Assembly (NCBI RefSeq): GCF_009914755.1
Contig: NC_060936.1
Reading direction: 5' to 3' (one strand)
From: the human T2T-CHM13v2.0 reference genome, Homo sapiens
Length of the DNA: 64,000 nt
Shown here: positions 1-20,635 of the stretch, piece by piece
How the letters are laid out: every line of letters starts with the position of its first letter
Numbering within the stretch: position 1 is the first letter of the stretch
The notes under the pieces: model-generated
What the model saw: only the letters and a program-made list of their open reading frames with translations
Database searches by the model: none
What the model was told of the DNA's origin: nothing
Position numbers and translations under genes: made by a program

Positions 1-3000
1 CAGTACCACCTTGCTCTACCCAGTGGATTGTGTGGAGAAAAACCTCATCTATCTCTTACTATATAATTGACCTTGGGCAAATTACTTAACCTCTTAAAGT
101 CTCTCAGTTTCTTAATGTGTAAAGAGAGAGGAACTACCACTGTCTTCCTCAGGGTCGGAGGACTTTCTCATGTGAAAGTGCCTAGCAGGGTGTCTGACTC
201 CTAGGAAATGCTCAACACATGCTGGTTTCCTTCCTTCTGATGCCAGGCTCTGCGAAGCATGTCCCTTTGCCCTCCACTTAGTATTTCTGGTGATGGAGAC
301 ACAGAGCACAAGTGGATCCAGAAGAAGGGGCACATTTAAGGAAAAAAAAAAAAACTAGCTGTATCCAGGTTGTGGATTATAAAATTATGTATAATTTCTG
401 AATCTGAATTATTACTTATTTCATGTATCTAGAATATGAAAAATAAACAAATAATAAATAATGTGCCATGAAAAGGAAGACCAAAACTTTTTTTCTAAAG
501 GTTCCTATAGCTGTTCAATGCTACTTTATTTAATTCCAGCAAAATTCGGCCCTAAAACAAACCACTTCATCTGAAGTGCAGAGTGTCCCTACTGTGTACA
601 AAACACTGCACTAGAAGGGTAATAAGCAACTTCCTGAACATAAAACAAGAGCATGGTGGCTGATGATGTTACCCTCTTAAGAGATCAAAGCCAACTTACA
701 AGATTAATAATATGTAGGAATCAAAATGATGCATATGATAAAAGTGGCCACCTCAGCACTTAGAACAAATGAAATTTATAGCAAGTTCTTAAAAAGAATA
801 CAGTGAGTCACATTTTGGCATTAGAAACTTAACATTCTATTCTTTAGAATACCTAAGGAAAAACTGTTTTTTAAATTTTTGCTAAAAGTAATGACTGATA
901 ACAGGCAATTCTGCATTTATAAAAGAATATGTTACATGAGGAATTCTGAAATGCAAACTTATAAATCCAAATTCTCATGTGATAGCAAGGCTGGAGGTGA
1001 CCTCATTCATTCGTTCATTCATTTATTCAATACACATTTATTGACAGACTTTGACCATATGGGTTGGGCATGTAGATTGGACAGCATAAGTGAGAAATGG
1101 TATCAGCAATGACCTTAGTGAGTTAAGAAGCCAAGAATAAGTAAAGAGATATGCAATATTTTGATAAGCATCCTCTGGTATACTGTCCAGGAAGAGAACA
1201 CATTTTCAAGCATTTAGAAACAGGATGAAACAGTAGCATTTACTGCTGAGGCTCTCATATTTTTATTTTTAGGTATCAAATTCATTCACGTATCCAATTT
1301 CACAATTAGCTGAATTATTAGGGTGCATTTTAAAAACTCCAAATGAAGACTCTCTATGAGCTTTTCTATCGAATCTGGCAAAGCGAAGTAAAAGACTCTA
1401 TATTTGCATGAATAGAACAATAATACTTTTCTCCTACATGCCTCCTTGGGAATTCCCCTATCACACCCTTCTCCCTGACATGTGTTCTAACATAAATTCG
1501 CCTCTGTAATGCAGTCACAGGTGAATTTGTGTTAGAACACACATTAGGAAGAGGGGCAGTGAGAATTCCTTCACAAAACCAAAAGCTGAACTCTGATAGA
1601 TACACTGCTCTTTATATTAATATCTCTATCACAGAAACGGCCAAGAGCCCCAGACACTACAAAGTTTTCAGAAGAAATGACATCAGATGTAGCAACAGCT
1701 AAAAACACCCTCATGAATCACTAATATAATTAAAATATGAGGCTCTCCATAAAAACTCAAGGAAGGCACATCTCAAAGGCCCAAGAAGTCAGATTAGTGA
1801 TTCTGCAGAACTATATAAACAACTTTTTTCCAGATAACACATGAGCCCAATATGAACTTCCTTACAGAAGAAGGAAAAGAAAGGTTAAAATAAAGATGCC
1901 ATGAAATACCCTTCCTTTTCCTAATTCTTCAAAATAAGGGCAATAATCTCTGCCCTTAGAAAATTATAAAAATTATACAATTGTAATAAAAAGTTACAAT
2001 GCTAAAGTTTTCTCAGGATTTCATCTGGTATCAAAGTTTATAGTCCTTCCTTATCCTTTGTTACAAATCCAACTGTGCAGCAGTGCATAATACAAAAATC
2101 TCAGTTATAAGGTGCCAAAATAATAAAGACATGTAGCAATACAGACCCAATGCCCATGGGCTTCTTCATATACTTGTCAGTAACCTCATTCAAAAGCACA
2201 ATGTTGAAAGTGATACTAAGGGGGAAAAGCACAAAGCCAGGCCTCTTTTAGGCTTATGTTGAAGAAGTAGGCTCATAAACAAATTTTAGGAAGACTAATA
2301 TCTTTGTCAGTTTGCAAGTAAATTTAAAATATGCATTTCATCATTTATTTATCTAGTTATTGAAAAACTAATTTCTAAATTCCTTTTCCCTGTTCACCTT
2401 TGGACCTCTTTGTGACTTGTTAGCGCCTCTACTAGAAGATGTTAAAGAACGAGTAAAACCAAAATAAATGAATAAATAAATATAGTATTGCCACCAACTA
2501 TGAGAAGGCAAGGTTTCAACAATGACTTGATTTTTTATTATACTGGACTTTCACTTTCCCATGATCTTGCTCTTACTTTTATGTCATTTTAGTCATTTTC
2601 ATTTGAGCTGGGGTCCATAAAACACAACAGAATTCATAATATATTTTTTAAAATTAAATATTTTATGATATTCCAGTGTCCTGATTTATACACTACTGTT
2701 GGCATTAGGCTTTAAAATAATATAGTGGGTAGAATTGTAGTACTTGGTAATATACATTAAAAAATCCATACCCATAGTTAGATTGTTCAAAATGGGACAT
2801 GGAACCATACAACACCATACCTTTTCCCTTCCATTTTTTTCCCCTCCCTAAAAGCCACTAGATACAAATACCATTGAACTCTGGTAAACTACCATCAATC
2901 CCAATCATGACTCCCAAAGCACTACATTTAGAGAGGGCACCCCACAAAAACAACTTATTTTGTGGCTAAAGCAACAGCATATCAGCTACTCTGTTTGTAA

Positions 3001-4155
3001 CTTAATATAGGAGCAGGGGCCTTTTAGCAAATCAAAACTTCATTAGAGAGACTGGTTGCAGCTGTTCTCTGGATGGGCACTAGGAAGCCTGTACGATTCA
3101 GAGGGTTCCTGAGGACACTGCCCATAGCCCTGAGGTGGCATAGTAGGGAAGCAGCTTTTATCATCCACAGAGAAGAAGACTGTGATGGCTGATATACACA
3201 CAGAGTAGCCCTGGGTGAGTTCACAGATGCGAGCATGAGATTATTCTGGCATGGCTGTAGTAATCTCTTGCTGGGAGGTAGGAGAGGTCATGAATATATG
3301 ATGTGGGAATGAGGGTGTGGCAAGAGAGAAAAAAGAACCTGTCCCAGAGGGGGAAAGCCACTTGGTATAATGTCTGCTTCACATGTAAAACCACTGATGG
3401 TACTCGGTTGCTCAGAGCTTGTTATCATTTCCCCACTCATTTCAACATGAACGGGTCTGGATAAAGGTCCAAGTCTCACAAGAGTCGATGGTAAGTAGTC
3501 ATAGTTCTCTAAAGCACCGTATTTCTTCTTTTGTCAGATATCATGGCATGAAGACAATGACTATTTGGTAATCTTATGATGCTTTATCTAGACTCAAAAG
3601 CACATTTTTAGGTGCCTAACAATCATTAGCAAATACATAGTGGACATTTTAAGATCTCCATTACATAGTGTAGCATTCCTTTAAAATGAAAAATTGCTCA
3701 TCAAAGAGATCACAAGAAACTTCTACATAAAGGAACTTTAAAGTGGGCTTATTTATAAGCAGTTTAAATTAAATTGCTTGCTTTTAGACAGCAGCAGGCA
3801 CAGCAATATGTACGTGCTTTAACTTCCATTTTTCCTTGCATTTGGGTTTTTAAAGGTTATAATCCATTATAATTTTCAAAGATAATCGAAGCCTTTAAAA
3901 GACTTGAGAAATAGAAGTAGAAATCAGGTTTAAAAAATAGGACAAGAAAAATGATCATTTCTGGGTCGGCCTTGGATGATGTCATCATAGGTTCTAAATG
4001 TAATAGCCAAGCAGTGTACACTAACTCTTCCTGCCCATGTGACCTCTAACATTAATTTGGGCAAAACAACTAATATTTCAATAATTTTTTGGCTGAGAAG
4101 TGAGATTCAGAAGCAAAAGATTAAAGAGAGTTTAGAGTGCCAAGGATGAAACGAT

Positions 4156-4207
4156 GTGAGTGTGTGTGTGTGTGTGTGTGTGAGTGTGAGCGCGCACGCG
4201 CACGCGT
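4156..4207. repeat. (TG)n microsatellite grading into (CG/CA) alternating purine-pyrimidine
   Basis: gtgagtgtgtg...gagcgcgcacgcgcacgcgt. Confidence 0.9.
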
Positions 4208-4757
4208 GGGGGCCGAGGGGAGGAGGCATGAAAACTAACTCTTCCAGCACACACCCCTTTTGCTACTACAAGGGCATCCAGCAATCACATTTGCAATAGT
4301 AAAAATGCTGAAGAATCCTACAGTCTCTTTTCTTCCACAATCAGCCCTATCCTCTCCTACAAAGCCCTTCTTGCTTTATTGGTGCCAGGAAATTCTTCAG
4401 GGGTTAAATGGGGAAGTGCAGCCACTACCATTGTTGCAATAAATAAATGAATGAACCAGAAGGAACCAGCAATCCGTCCCTGGGAAACAAGTATCTTATT
4501 TTCTACAATTATATACATTATCCAGCAACCATATATTCTTTAAAATTATATTTTATCTTTTGATGTGTGTGTATACATTATAGACACATATGCATCTATA
4601 CAAAAAGCAGCACAGTGCCGTGCATACATATACATCAATACCTTAAAAAAATTTAGCATTATTTATTTCAATGAAAAGACAAATAGCTTTTAAAAAATTG
4701 GACAGGCTAGCAACTTCATCTCAAAGGCCTTATATTTTGCACATACAGCATATACAA

Positions 4758-4772
4758 ACACACACAGACACA

Positions 4773-4804
<32 letters not shown>
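4758..4804. repeat. (CA)n microsatellite followed by poly-T
   Basis: Directly visible. Confidence 0.9.
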
Positions 4805-4806
<2 letters not shown>

Positions 4807-5033
4807 GGTTTTTTTTTTTTTTCCATGCCATACACAATGCTAAAATATCTGAAATCAGGTTGCTATGCCAACAGATTTTTTTCCTAAAATGAATAAAATT
4901 ATTAGGAGAGAGAAAACATTCTTGACTCCTTTCCTCCCATCCATGAAGCCGAGACAGGCTCAGGGAGGGCGAGAGGCTGCCAGATGGGGAGGAGGGGAAG
5001 GAAGGGAAGGTGGGTAGAGGGGTGTTTGCTTAC

Positions 5034-5168
5034 CAAAGATGCTGATTTGATCGTGGCAAAGCGCTCTCTGTTCCGGTAGTGGAGGGCCTGGCTCTGAACT
5101 GACTGGGTAGGCCGCGGCTCAGGCCTGGGATCGCCGTGGCCCGCCTCATCCCTTATGAATACATGATC
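5034..5168 (-). CDS. TAOK3: TAOK3 coding exon (~exon 14, DHVFIRDEAGHGDPRPEPRPTQSVQSQALHYRNRERFATIKSASL)
   Basis: 135 bp, ctgcag| ... TTG|gtaag; FATIKSASL motif typical of TAO kinases. Confidence 0.95.
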
Positions 5169-6625
5169 CTGCAGAAATGGATAAAAACAAGGAGAAAGTC
5201 CAGCTGTGCTCTTTCCTCGCCGGCTGCCTCTCTCTCACCCCTCTTTCTGCACAAGCACTGCTGTTTGAAATGCATAGTTTAGCTCTCTGCTAGTCCCCGC
5301 AGCTCCCACGGTACAAAATGAATAAGCAACACATTGCAGCCTTCAGTTAGGAATGTCAGCTGATCGCTAGTGGGATGCCTTCTGAATCCCTGGCAGGCTT
5401 TTTCTTTACCTCCAGAATTACATATATGCAAAAGAAAAAAAGAATAGAAAAAATAATGCAATGTACAGACTCCTTAGAACAGTTTGCTTAAAACGCTGTA
5501 ACCAGATAATTCCTTTAAAAATGTCATGTCCATGTCTAGCAAGGAGGATGCTGGTGGCTTTTAACATAAAAGCGAGCCTCCGCCTCATTCCCTTGAAAGA
5601 TCTGCTTTCTCAATTTAATTTTATTTGAGATCTGTTCGGTAGGATCATCGTTCTGCCTAGAACCAATGTAGGCTTGTGCTGAACTGCCTCTCTATCTTGT
5701 GCTGGGAAGATTCGGCAGTCACTGAGGGATCCTGCTTTCCAGTCATGATCGTACACAGTTCTAGCACCTTCTCTCTACAGCTTCTGAAAGGATTTTTTTT
5801 TAGATTTAAAGCGACAGGCGTACAATTTTAACCAAATGATACGTTCACAAATTCTTCTTCAACTCAGCATCGGTATGGTCACCAGAGTGAGTAAAGCTGG
5901 AATTTAATGTCCTTGACTGATTTAATCAAGCCCATGCTTCTTGATAGGCAAAGATAATTAATCTTGTTCTAACGTCCAGTGAAAAAATAGCATTCCCTGG
6001 AAGGATAATAATGGATGTTTCTTAAATGCAACTGAAATGACTTTTAAAGGGGAAAATGCTTTCAAAGGATGATGTTCCTCTCTATAAAGATGAAGTAGTG
6101 GTCAGTCATTAAGTGGCTATAACCCTTTAGAAAAAAGGACGCTATAGTAATTTGTACCTCAAAAACATGTACAACCATGGGGGATTTTAAAATAGTACAT
6201 GTTCAGGGTGGAAAAGGAGAAATTAATTCCTTATTTCCCTAGGGTTTTAGGAAAACCATTTGTGAGAAGTCAGTATTGCATTTTATCCATGACCACTTGA
6301 AATTTTTTATAATGGCTTTTTTCTTCATCAGGAAACAAAAATTAAAGAAGTTTAGAAAATACAAAATTTTATTATAGTCCAAAATTTGGGGAGAAATTAA
6401 ATTTTACATCCAGATTTTTATGTAAAAGCCAAGACCCAAGATTAAATTGGGCTGATTTTCTTTTTCCTTTTATACATTTAAAATGCTTTGATGTATTGGG
6501 AAGGTATCTACCATTACACCTATATGGAGAATTGTTTTAAATTTATGTATTATAGCTCAAATAATGAAGGGATCTTTAATAAACTTGCCATTGAGGGCAT
6601 ATATATCAAATTCACGTATATTCTG

Positions 6626-6795
6626 CAGCTGCGCTGTCCAGCAAGATAGTGACCAGCCACATATGACTATTTTAATTAAAAATTAAATTCAATTAAAATT
6701 AATTAAAACAAAATTAAGTGCAAAATTGAGTTCCTGAGTCATAATGGCTATGTTTCAAGCACTTAGTAGCCATAGTTAGTGGTGCCATATTGGTG
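6626..6795. mobile_element. MER3/MER33-like hAT fragment
   Basis: CTGCGCTGTCCA...AGCCACATATG plus AT-rich core. Confidence 0.55.
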
Positions 6796-8277
6796 GCTTA
6801 TAAAACTTGTAAGTTTTTAAAACTTATAAGAAAATATTTGAAAGGTCAGTTAAAATTATTCTACATGATTTCTCGCGAAATTTGAACTCCTATTTTACAG
6901 GGAAGAGCGAGAACGTGTGTAATTGGGATTCATTCACTAGGCTTAAGGTTCTAAAGAGGAAGGCACTGGGACCTGCTACCATTTACATTACTGCATATTT
7001 GCTAATAAATTTATGTACAAAATTCAACTTAATATTACAGTGCCAGAAAAGCAAGCAGCTCTTAAATGCCAGTAATCAAAAGAGATATGCTAGGTAGAGG
7101 CCTGTGATTTTATAGGAGGCCTTAACAAGTCGTAGTTTTGGTGAATATTAATTGGCTAACTTACCAAGTACATTGATAGAGGGGGAGACCTCAAATACAT
7201 GGGCAACAGTTCAGTTTCACATTGTAATAACTTGATTTATAAGGATAACCAATGACACTAGAATCCACATTCTCCACAGGGCAGACCAAAACAAAATTTA
7301 TTCATGTACAAATATGTGCAATTTTATTTAGTCTGTTTTATCTCTGATAAAAATTAACTCCTTAGAAACACGGTTTAGGGCTCTGCTTCTCCAATTAAAA
7401 GCCACAATGTATTTTCTAAGTTTACTAAACTTGAGGAAGTTGAAGTACACCGGAAAAATTAAAACTTGAAATGACATTGATTTTAGTTGACACATATGTA
7501 ATTAAGTAACTCAAGTATATTTTTAAAATAATGCTATTTTTATAGTCCAAAGAATAGGTTCAAAATTTTAACCCACTTTAAATATAATAATGCTAATAGT
7601 ATAATTCTTTGCTTCCCCCTACATTTTTTTCCTTTTATAAAATTATTCTTAGTTTTCCAGATCATTTTCATAACAGAGATCACTATCACTAAAGGTCTTC
7701 AAATATTATACAAGAGACCACAAAATGGAACAAAATTTTAGTCTAACAGTGGATATTCATTTCAAGTGCATTGGGAAATGAATTTTAATATTCAGTTCCA
7801 CTGCATAAAACAGGTTCAAAACTCCAAAGACAGCTTATGAAGCTATTTAAAAATGGGAGAATGTAACTTGAGAAGTAAGCTCAAAGAAATTAAAGTATCA
7901 ACTTTACTGGAAATATTTTCTGTTGGTTATACTGCCCCTTTAAGTAACAGTGCCTCTGTAAGAGACCACTATACCTGGCTCCCAGAGTTTCTGAACTGCA
8001 CACATCTTAAGATTAACAATGGAAAGGGTTAATTTCTATTTTTATGCAGTTATGCACTAGATACAGATTATTTACAAATGATAAGGCTGAAATCTTCAAA
8101 GAAGGATTTTAGAAGATTAAGAAGAATAAATCTATTCTACTTTGCCAAGGCAAAATATATGGCATGGTTATAATTTATCTTTAAAACATTATCATCCAGG
8201 AAAAAACAAAAATAACTCCTTGAAATACCAGTTTTAAGTAAACCTACGTTAACCTGGTAAACTTACCACGTTGTTGT

Positions 8278-13921
<5,644 letters not shown>

Positions 13922-14285
13922 AAGAAACATACTTTTGAAAGAGCATACTTCTAAAAGGGCACAACCAACAGGTACACTCAGGAAGACTTGAAGGTCTACA
14001 GTATTAAGATTATTGGTTTAGAGAAGGACTTATCAAATTCTTCAACTTATTTATTGATGATGATGGACATCAGAGTAATGAGAGAGGGAGATGAAGAAAT
14101 AGGCACAGATGTAGCCTGTGTAGTCCTTTGTTACTTTTTGACTGTAAGAAAACTGTCACATGCCAGGTTTAGTACCACACTGCAGTTGCAAAAAGGTAAC
14201 TGAAACATCTGGAAGCTAAGTGACTTGAACTGGATTCGCTATGATTGACAAAGCTCACCTCTGTGGAGGGTACCAAGAAACCTAC

Positions 14286-14492
14286 TTTCTTATGCACGAC
14301 GGAGGAGCTGGAATTGATTGTGCTTTCGTCATCGTGCATCATGACAAGTTCGGAACTGCTCTCGTCCATGACTTCCTGCATGCTGTTCACACTGCTGCTC
14401 TGGCTGCCTGTGCTCACGGACATGCTTGGAATGGAATGGTTGCTGCCCAGGCTGTCCATTTCCCTGTTCAGGCTGGTTCCATGTTCACTGTC
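14286..14492 (-). CDS. TAOK3: TAOK3 coding exon (~exon 13, Ser-rich linker DSEHGTSLNREMDSLGS...SSSSVVHKK)
   Basis: 207 bp, ttacag| ... AAA|gtagg; overlaps ORF 14169..14459; second donor 27 nt further on (see findings). Confidence 0.95.
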
Positions 14493-16531
14493 CTGTAAAA
14501 ATGGGGCACTGAGGTTAGAAAAAAAGACTGAAGATAAAGAGTCAATCCATTGACAAAAGTGTCAAGCACACTCAATTTTGCAGTGTCAAGTTGCTTTTCT
14601 GCCAATCTGCAAAGACAAACTTTTTATGTACTGGCTCCACTACTCCTCCACCATTTTCATACATCTCATATTTGCTTCCTATGCCTTCCCCAGGGGCCAT
14701 TCTGGACGTGGGTCATAAGGCTCCAAATGCTGCCATCCCAGGGCTTTCCCCTGTCATACACACTATCATATTATCGTGTTGCTATTCAGTAAGCAAAATC
14801 AAGCCAGGTTTGTAAGGGACCTTCTGGAACATCAAGGAGCTAGAGGAAGACTGCTGGCCACTAAACAGGTGAGCTCTAGGATATCTTCAAATACAGCAGT
14901 GGTCACTTGAAAAAGTAGAGTGGAAAGAGTTTTCAGATATTTGACAAGCAATATGCTCCCTCTGCAAGTCATTATTGAGTAACTTCATATCTAAGCAGAA
15001 ATATTAATTCTACTTTCCTGGACAGGTAATTAAAGTCTGCCTCCCTCAAGCGATTCTATCATGCTTATCTCTGTAATCTTATTATATATATCTGTTAAAT
15101 AATACTGGTATTCATCATTACTGGCCCAAAGACTACTATTTGAAAAGTGGTAAAATAATCAGAACATATAATTTATCCATCACAGTGGGATATCTTTTGA
15201 TATAAGATTGAATAATAAAATTAAATCCATTTAGCTACAAATAAACCTTGTTCTCAAAAAACCATATGGTACACATATAACTTTAATAAACTGTTACTTA
15301 GCCATGGCAATATAAAAAATTACTGGGTAATATAAAATGGAAGATAATACATTATTTTTTAACAGACTTATTTTCCCAATTAAAGGGGATCATTTCTATA
15401 TATGCAATCAAGAAATTTTATAGTTCAATGCAACTTTCCGAGCTTCATTTTTAAAATTATTGATAAAATACTTTTATGTTTATTTTATTTTCTGTTAAAA
15501 AGCTAAAATACTCCTGTTCTTGTTATGTCTACGTTCTGAAATCCTGCCTCTTTAACTATATCCCTTTCTTCTATCTTCGGTGCCTCTGACTCTGCCCTGG
15601 CTCCATCTCTACTGCATTTAAAGATGAAGAAGCCTGCCTTATATTTATGGATCTCTCTACATGCTGCCCACTCTTACTTTTCCTTCTTAACCCAATTTCT
15701 GAATCTTAACATAATTATTTTTTCCTGTCTCCCTCTTATCAACTCCCATGAATTATACAACTCCAGTAATCTACTATTCATTCTACCTAGTCCTGTAAAA
15801 CTGCTTTTACTAAGGTCATCAAGGATTCTCTAACTGAAAACTTCTATCTGTATACTGGCAAGAGTTTATAATGCCAGGACCTTAAACTCAAAAGGCACGA
15901 AACTGAAATCATCCTAAATCTACTCTTTCTCCCTGGTTCTTTTTCTCTGTTCTTGGTATTGACATACTCCTAGCCACCCAGGCTCCAATGCTCAGAGTCA
16001 CCTTAAACTCCTCCTTATCTGTCACTGTCAATGAGAAGCCATGGATTATGAAATCTACCTCTACGATGTTTCTCTAAAGTGCTCCCTTTTCCCCATTTGC
16101 ATCGACACTGACCTTATTACCTCTTGCATGGACTATTAGCCAGGATGTTGCCCATTCAAATCCATGTTACACTCTGTTGCTAGGATAATCTTCCTAAAGC
16201 ACAACACCTTTCTGAGTCTAGAACACCCTATGCCCATTTGTCAGAAACTACCCACATCATGTCCTCCAGGAAACCTTCACTAATCCCACCAGCAGACTTA
16301 TTTTCTCCCCATGATGGACCCCTGCAATGGGGTTACACCTCTGTAGCACTTTTCATATTTTGCCTTATATAAGTGTTATTTTATGAATGTCTCTTGTACA
16401 ACCCTTCATGTTTCTTAAGGCGGACAGCATCAATTAATTTTTATCTTCAAAAGTTTTTCATAGTGCCCAGTCTAGAACTTTTTCACATAGTGGGCATTCT
16501 ATAAGTGCCTGCTAAAATAAATTGAACCTAC

Positions 16532-16699
16532 TTCCTCATCCTCCTGTGACTCATTCAAGGGTCCATTCCGTGTCTCTTGGAAAAGTATTTTTTTCATTTT
16601 TCGGTACTGTAGGTTATCTAGCTCACGAACTGCATCTTTTGTCCTCTGTATGAGGTCAATGAGGACACGTAGTGGCCGGTCTCGTCGAACAAAGTCATG
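16532..16699 (-). CDS. TAOK3: TAOK3 coding exon (~exon 12, [10 protein letters not shown]...[12 protein letters not shown]; contains an SQ ATM/ATR-type motif)
   Basis: 168 bp, atcag| ... GAA|gtagg; within ORF 16499..16756. Confidence 0.96.
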
Positions 16700-16929
16700 C
16701 TGATTGAGGGAGGAGGAAAAAATAAACTGATAATGAAGAAATGTCCTTAGGTGCAAGGTACAGATATAAAAGGAAATAGAGAATCATAAAATAGTTCTAT
16801 GGATATTACAGAAATAACAAAATATGATTTTCATGTCATGTGTCCTTCCATATTTTGTAAATCTCATAAAGAGATAGCTATGCTTTTTTCTTCTTCCTTA
16901 AGCCCCATTTTGCGGATGTGAGAATTCTT

Positions 16930-17875
16930 TTTAAAAATTGTACATATTTAAAGTATATGGCAACATGTTTTGATACACATATATATAGTGAAATGATTTC
17001 TACAGTTAAGCAAATTAACATATCTATTATCTCATATAGTTACTTCTTGGTGGCAAAGTACCGAAAATCTTTAGTCTTAGCAAATTTCCCAGATATAATA
17101 CAATATTATCAACTATAGTCCTCATGCTGTACACTGGATCTCTACACTTATTTATCCCACATAACTAAAACTTTGTACCATTTGACTTTCATCTTTCCAT
17201 TCCCCATCCCTTTCAACCACCTTTCATTTTGTGTTTTATTCTTTGTTTACTTTCCACATGTAAGTGACATCGTATGCTATTTTTTTGTGTGTCTGGTTTA
17301 TCTCACTTAGCATAATGTCTTCTGGGTTCACATGTATTGCTGCAAATGGCAGGCCCACTTTCTTAAGACTATATATAAAATAAATATTATAAATAAACAA
17401 ATATATAATAAATATATATAATAAAATATTCAGTCATATATATTATTGAGTCTTAAATATCTATATCACATATACCATAATTTCTTTTATCCTTTCATCC
17501 ACTGATGAACACATAGGATGTTTCCTTATTTTGGCTATAGAGAAAAATGCTGTGATGAACATGGGGGCACAGGTATTTTTATGAGGTGCTGACTTCATTT
17601 TCTTCAGGTATATAACCAGCAGGGGGATTATTGGAACAAATTAACATTTTGTTTTTTGGGTTTTGGAGGAACCTCCATACTGTTTTCCATAATGGCAACC
17701 CCAATCTACATTCCCACCAACAGTATATAAGGATTCCCTTTTCTCTATACCCTTGCCACTTATTATCGCTTATCTTTTTTGATAATAGCCATTCTAACAG
17801 GTGTGAGGTGATACCTCATTGTGGTTTTCATTTCCATTTCCAATAATTAGTGAATGTTGAGTATCTTTTCATATA
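16930..17875 (-). mobile_element. L1MA-like 3' fragment with an internal AT-rich insertion (~17370-17470)
   Basis: Reverse L1 motifs such as CCTCCATACTGTTTTCCATAATGGC and GTGAGGTGATACCTCATTGTGGTTTT. Confidence 0.75.
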
Positions 17876-17980
17876 AGAATTCTTGAGGTTTACTTTATCA
17901 TATAAGTAATAAAAAAATCACTAGAACTTTAAGAAGTAGGAGGTAGGCTTGTACCTTTTAAATCTGAAACTACATAATAA

Positions 17981-18418
<438 letters not shown>

Positions 18419-18779
18419 TAGTGTATGCTTGAAAATATGCCAGTTGTTCAATTTATCCAGAGGTCAAAATTCTGGCAACTTCATTTCCCCAATTAAAAAA
18501 AAGGGTCTCTGAGGAGTGAAAACAACTGCCCTAAAGTCCATAAATTAATCTTGATATAAACATCCCTCACTTTCAATATTATTAATGATTGTTACATAAT
18601 CTGGTTTCCTAGTTTCTCAGCCCATAGCAGGTTAGACAGAGAATAAGAATGGAGAAGTAAGCCTGGCGCGGTGGCTCACGCCTATAATCCAACACTTTGG
18701 GAGGCTGAGGCGGGTGGATTACTGGAGATCAGGAGTTCAAGACCAGCCTGGCCAACATGGTGAAACCCTTTCTCTACTA

Positions 18780-18938
<159 letters not shown>

Positions 18939-19307
18939 TCAAAAAAAAAAAAAAAAAGAGTGAGGAGTAAAGGATTGAGGACTGGGAAAGGTAGGGTTAC
19001 CACCTGTTGTAAAAAGAAGTAGCTTTTGTAAGTTCTCTGACAGCTTGAGAGTAGAGAAACAGAGAGAAATTTCATGACTAACAGACCTATCAACCAAACA
19101 AATAATAATAAAACAGGTTTGTGGGCTATTTTGCAAAAGGGCAAATGCCCCTTATATAGCCCCTTTTATGCCTCAAGAGTTCACGAAACACTGTTTCTGA
19201 GCCCTCAAGAAGTGACATTAGGCTGGGCGTGGTGGCTCACATCTGTAATCCCAGCACTTTGGAAGGCCGAGGCAGGCTGATCACTTGAGGTCAGGAGTTT
19301 GAGACTA

Positions 19308-19550
<243 letters not shown>

Positions 19551-19983
19551 TTACTTATGTAAAATTGTAATTTGAAGACATTGGGAAAATGAGATATAAT
19601 GTAGTGGGCCTTAGCTGATGAAATGAATTTAATTTCTTTATAATTTAAACAGATAAAAAATAATAGGGCCCTTGTGAGAAAACAATCTATATGTCTTGTG
19701 GTTCTGCATTCTGACTCTCTTAGAGGAATTGTGGTTTTTGCTGTTGCTTTTATAAAATACCTCTTCCTAGGTAGAGTCCTTTTTGAATAAAAAACATCAT
19801 TCCCAGAAGCAAGTGTAGCCTGCACATTTCAAGGATGAGAAAGAAAGGAAGAAAGTATTATCATTTTCCTCCTCTAGTGCTTACAATTATAAAGAGCTAA
19901 TCGGTTTTTAGTAAACTTAAAGCTATGACTTAACATCATAGAATTTTAGAACGGGAATGCCTCTTAGAAAACTTTCTGTTTCA

Positions 19984-20635
<652 letters not shown>

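Noticed and set aside
3488-3496. Consensus plus-strand donor ATG|GTAAGT (also CAG|GTGAGC at ~14869) suggesting antisense exons
   Set aside because: Isolated 9-mers are expected by chance in 64 kb; no supporting exon chain
5404-5460. Minus-strand pyrimidine tract followed by AG|GTAAAG, resembling a recursive splice site
   Set aside because: The acceptor would be GAG and is separated from the tract; the intron is only ~9 kb. Kept only as a possible donor in the internal-promoter finding
14241-14553. Plus-strand ORFs of 85 and 102 aa overlapping the Ser-rich exon
   Set aside because: Antisense shadows of a TAOK3 coding exon; no recognisable product or gene structure
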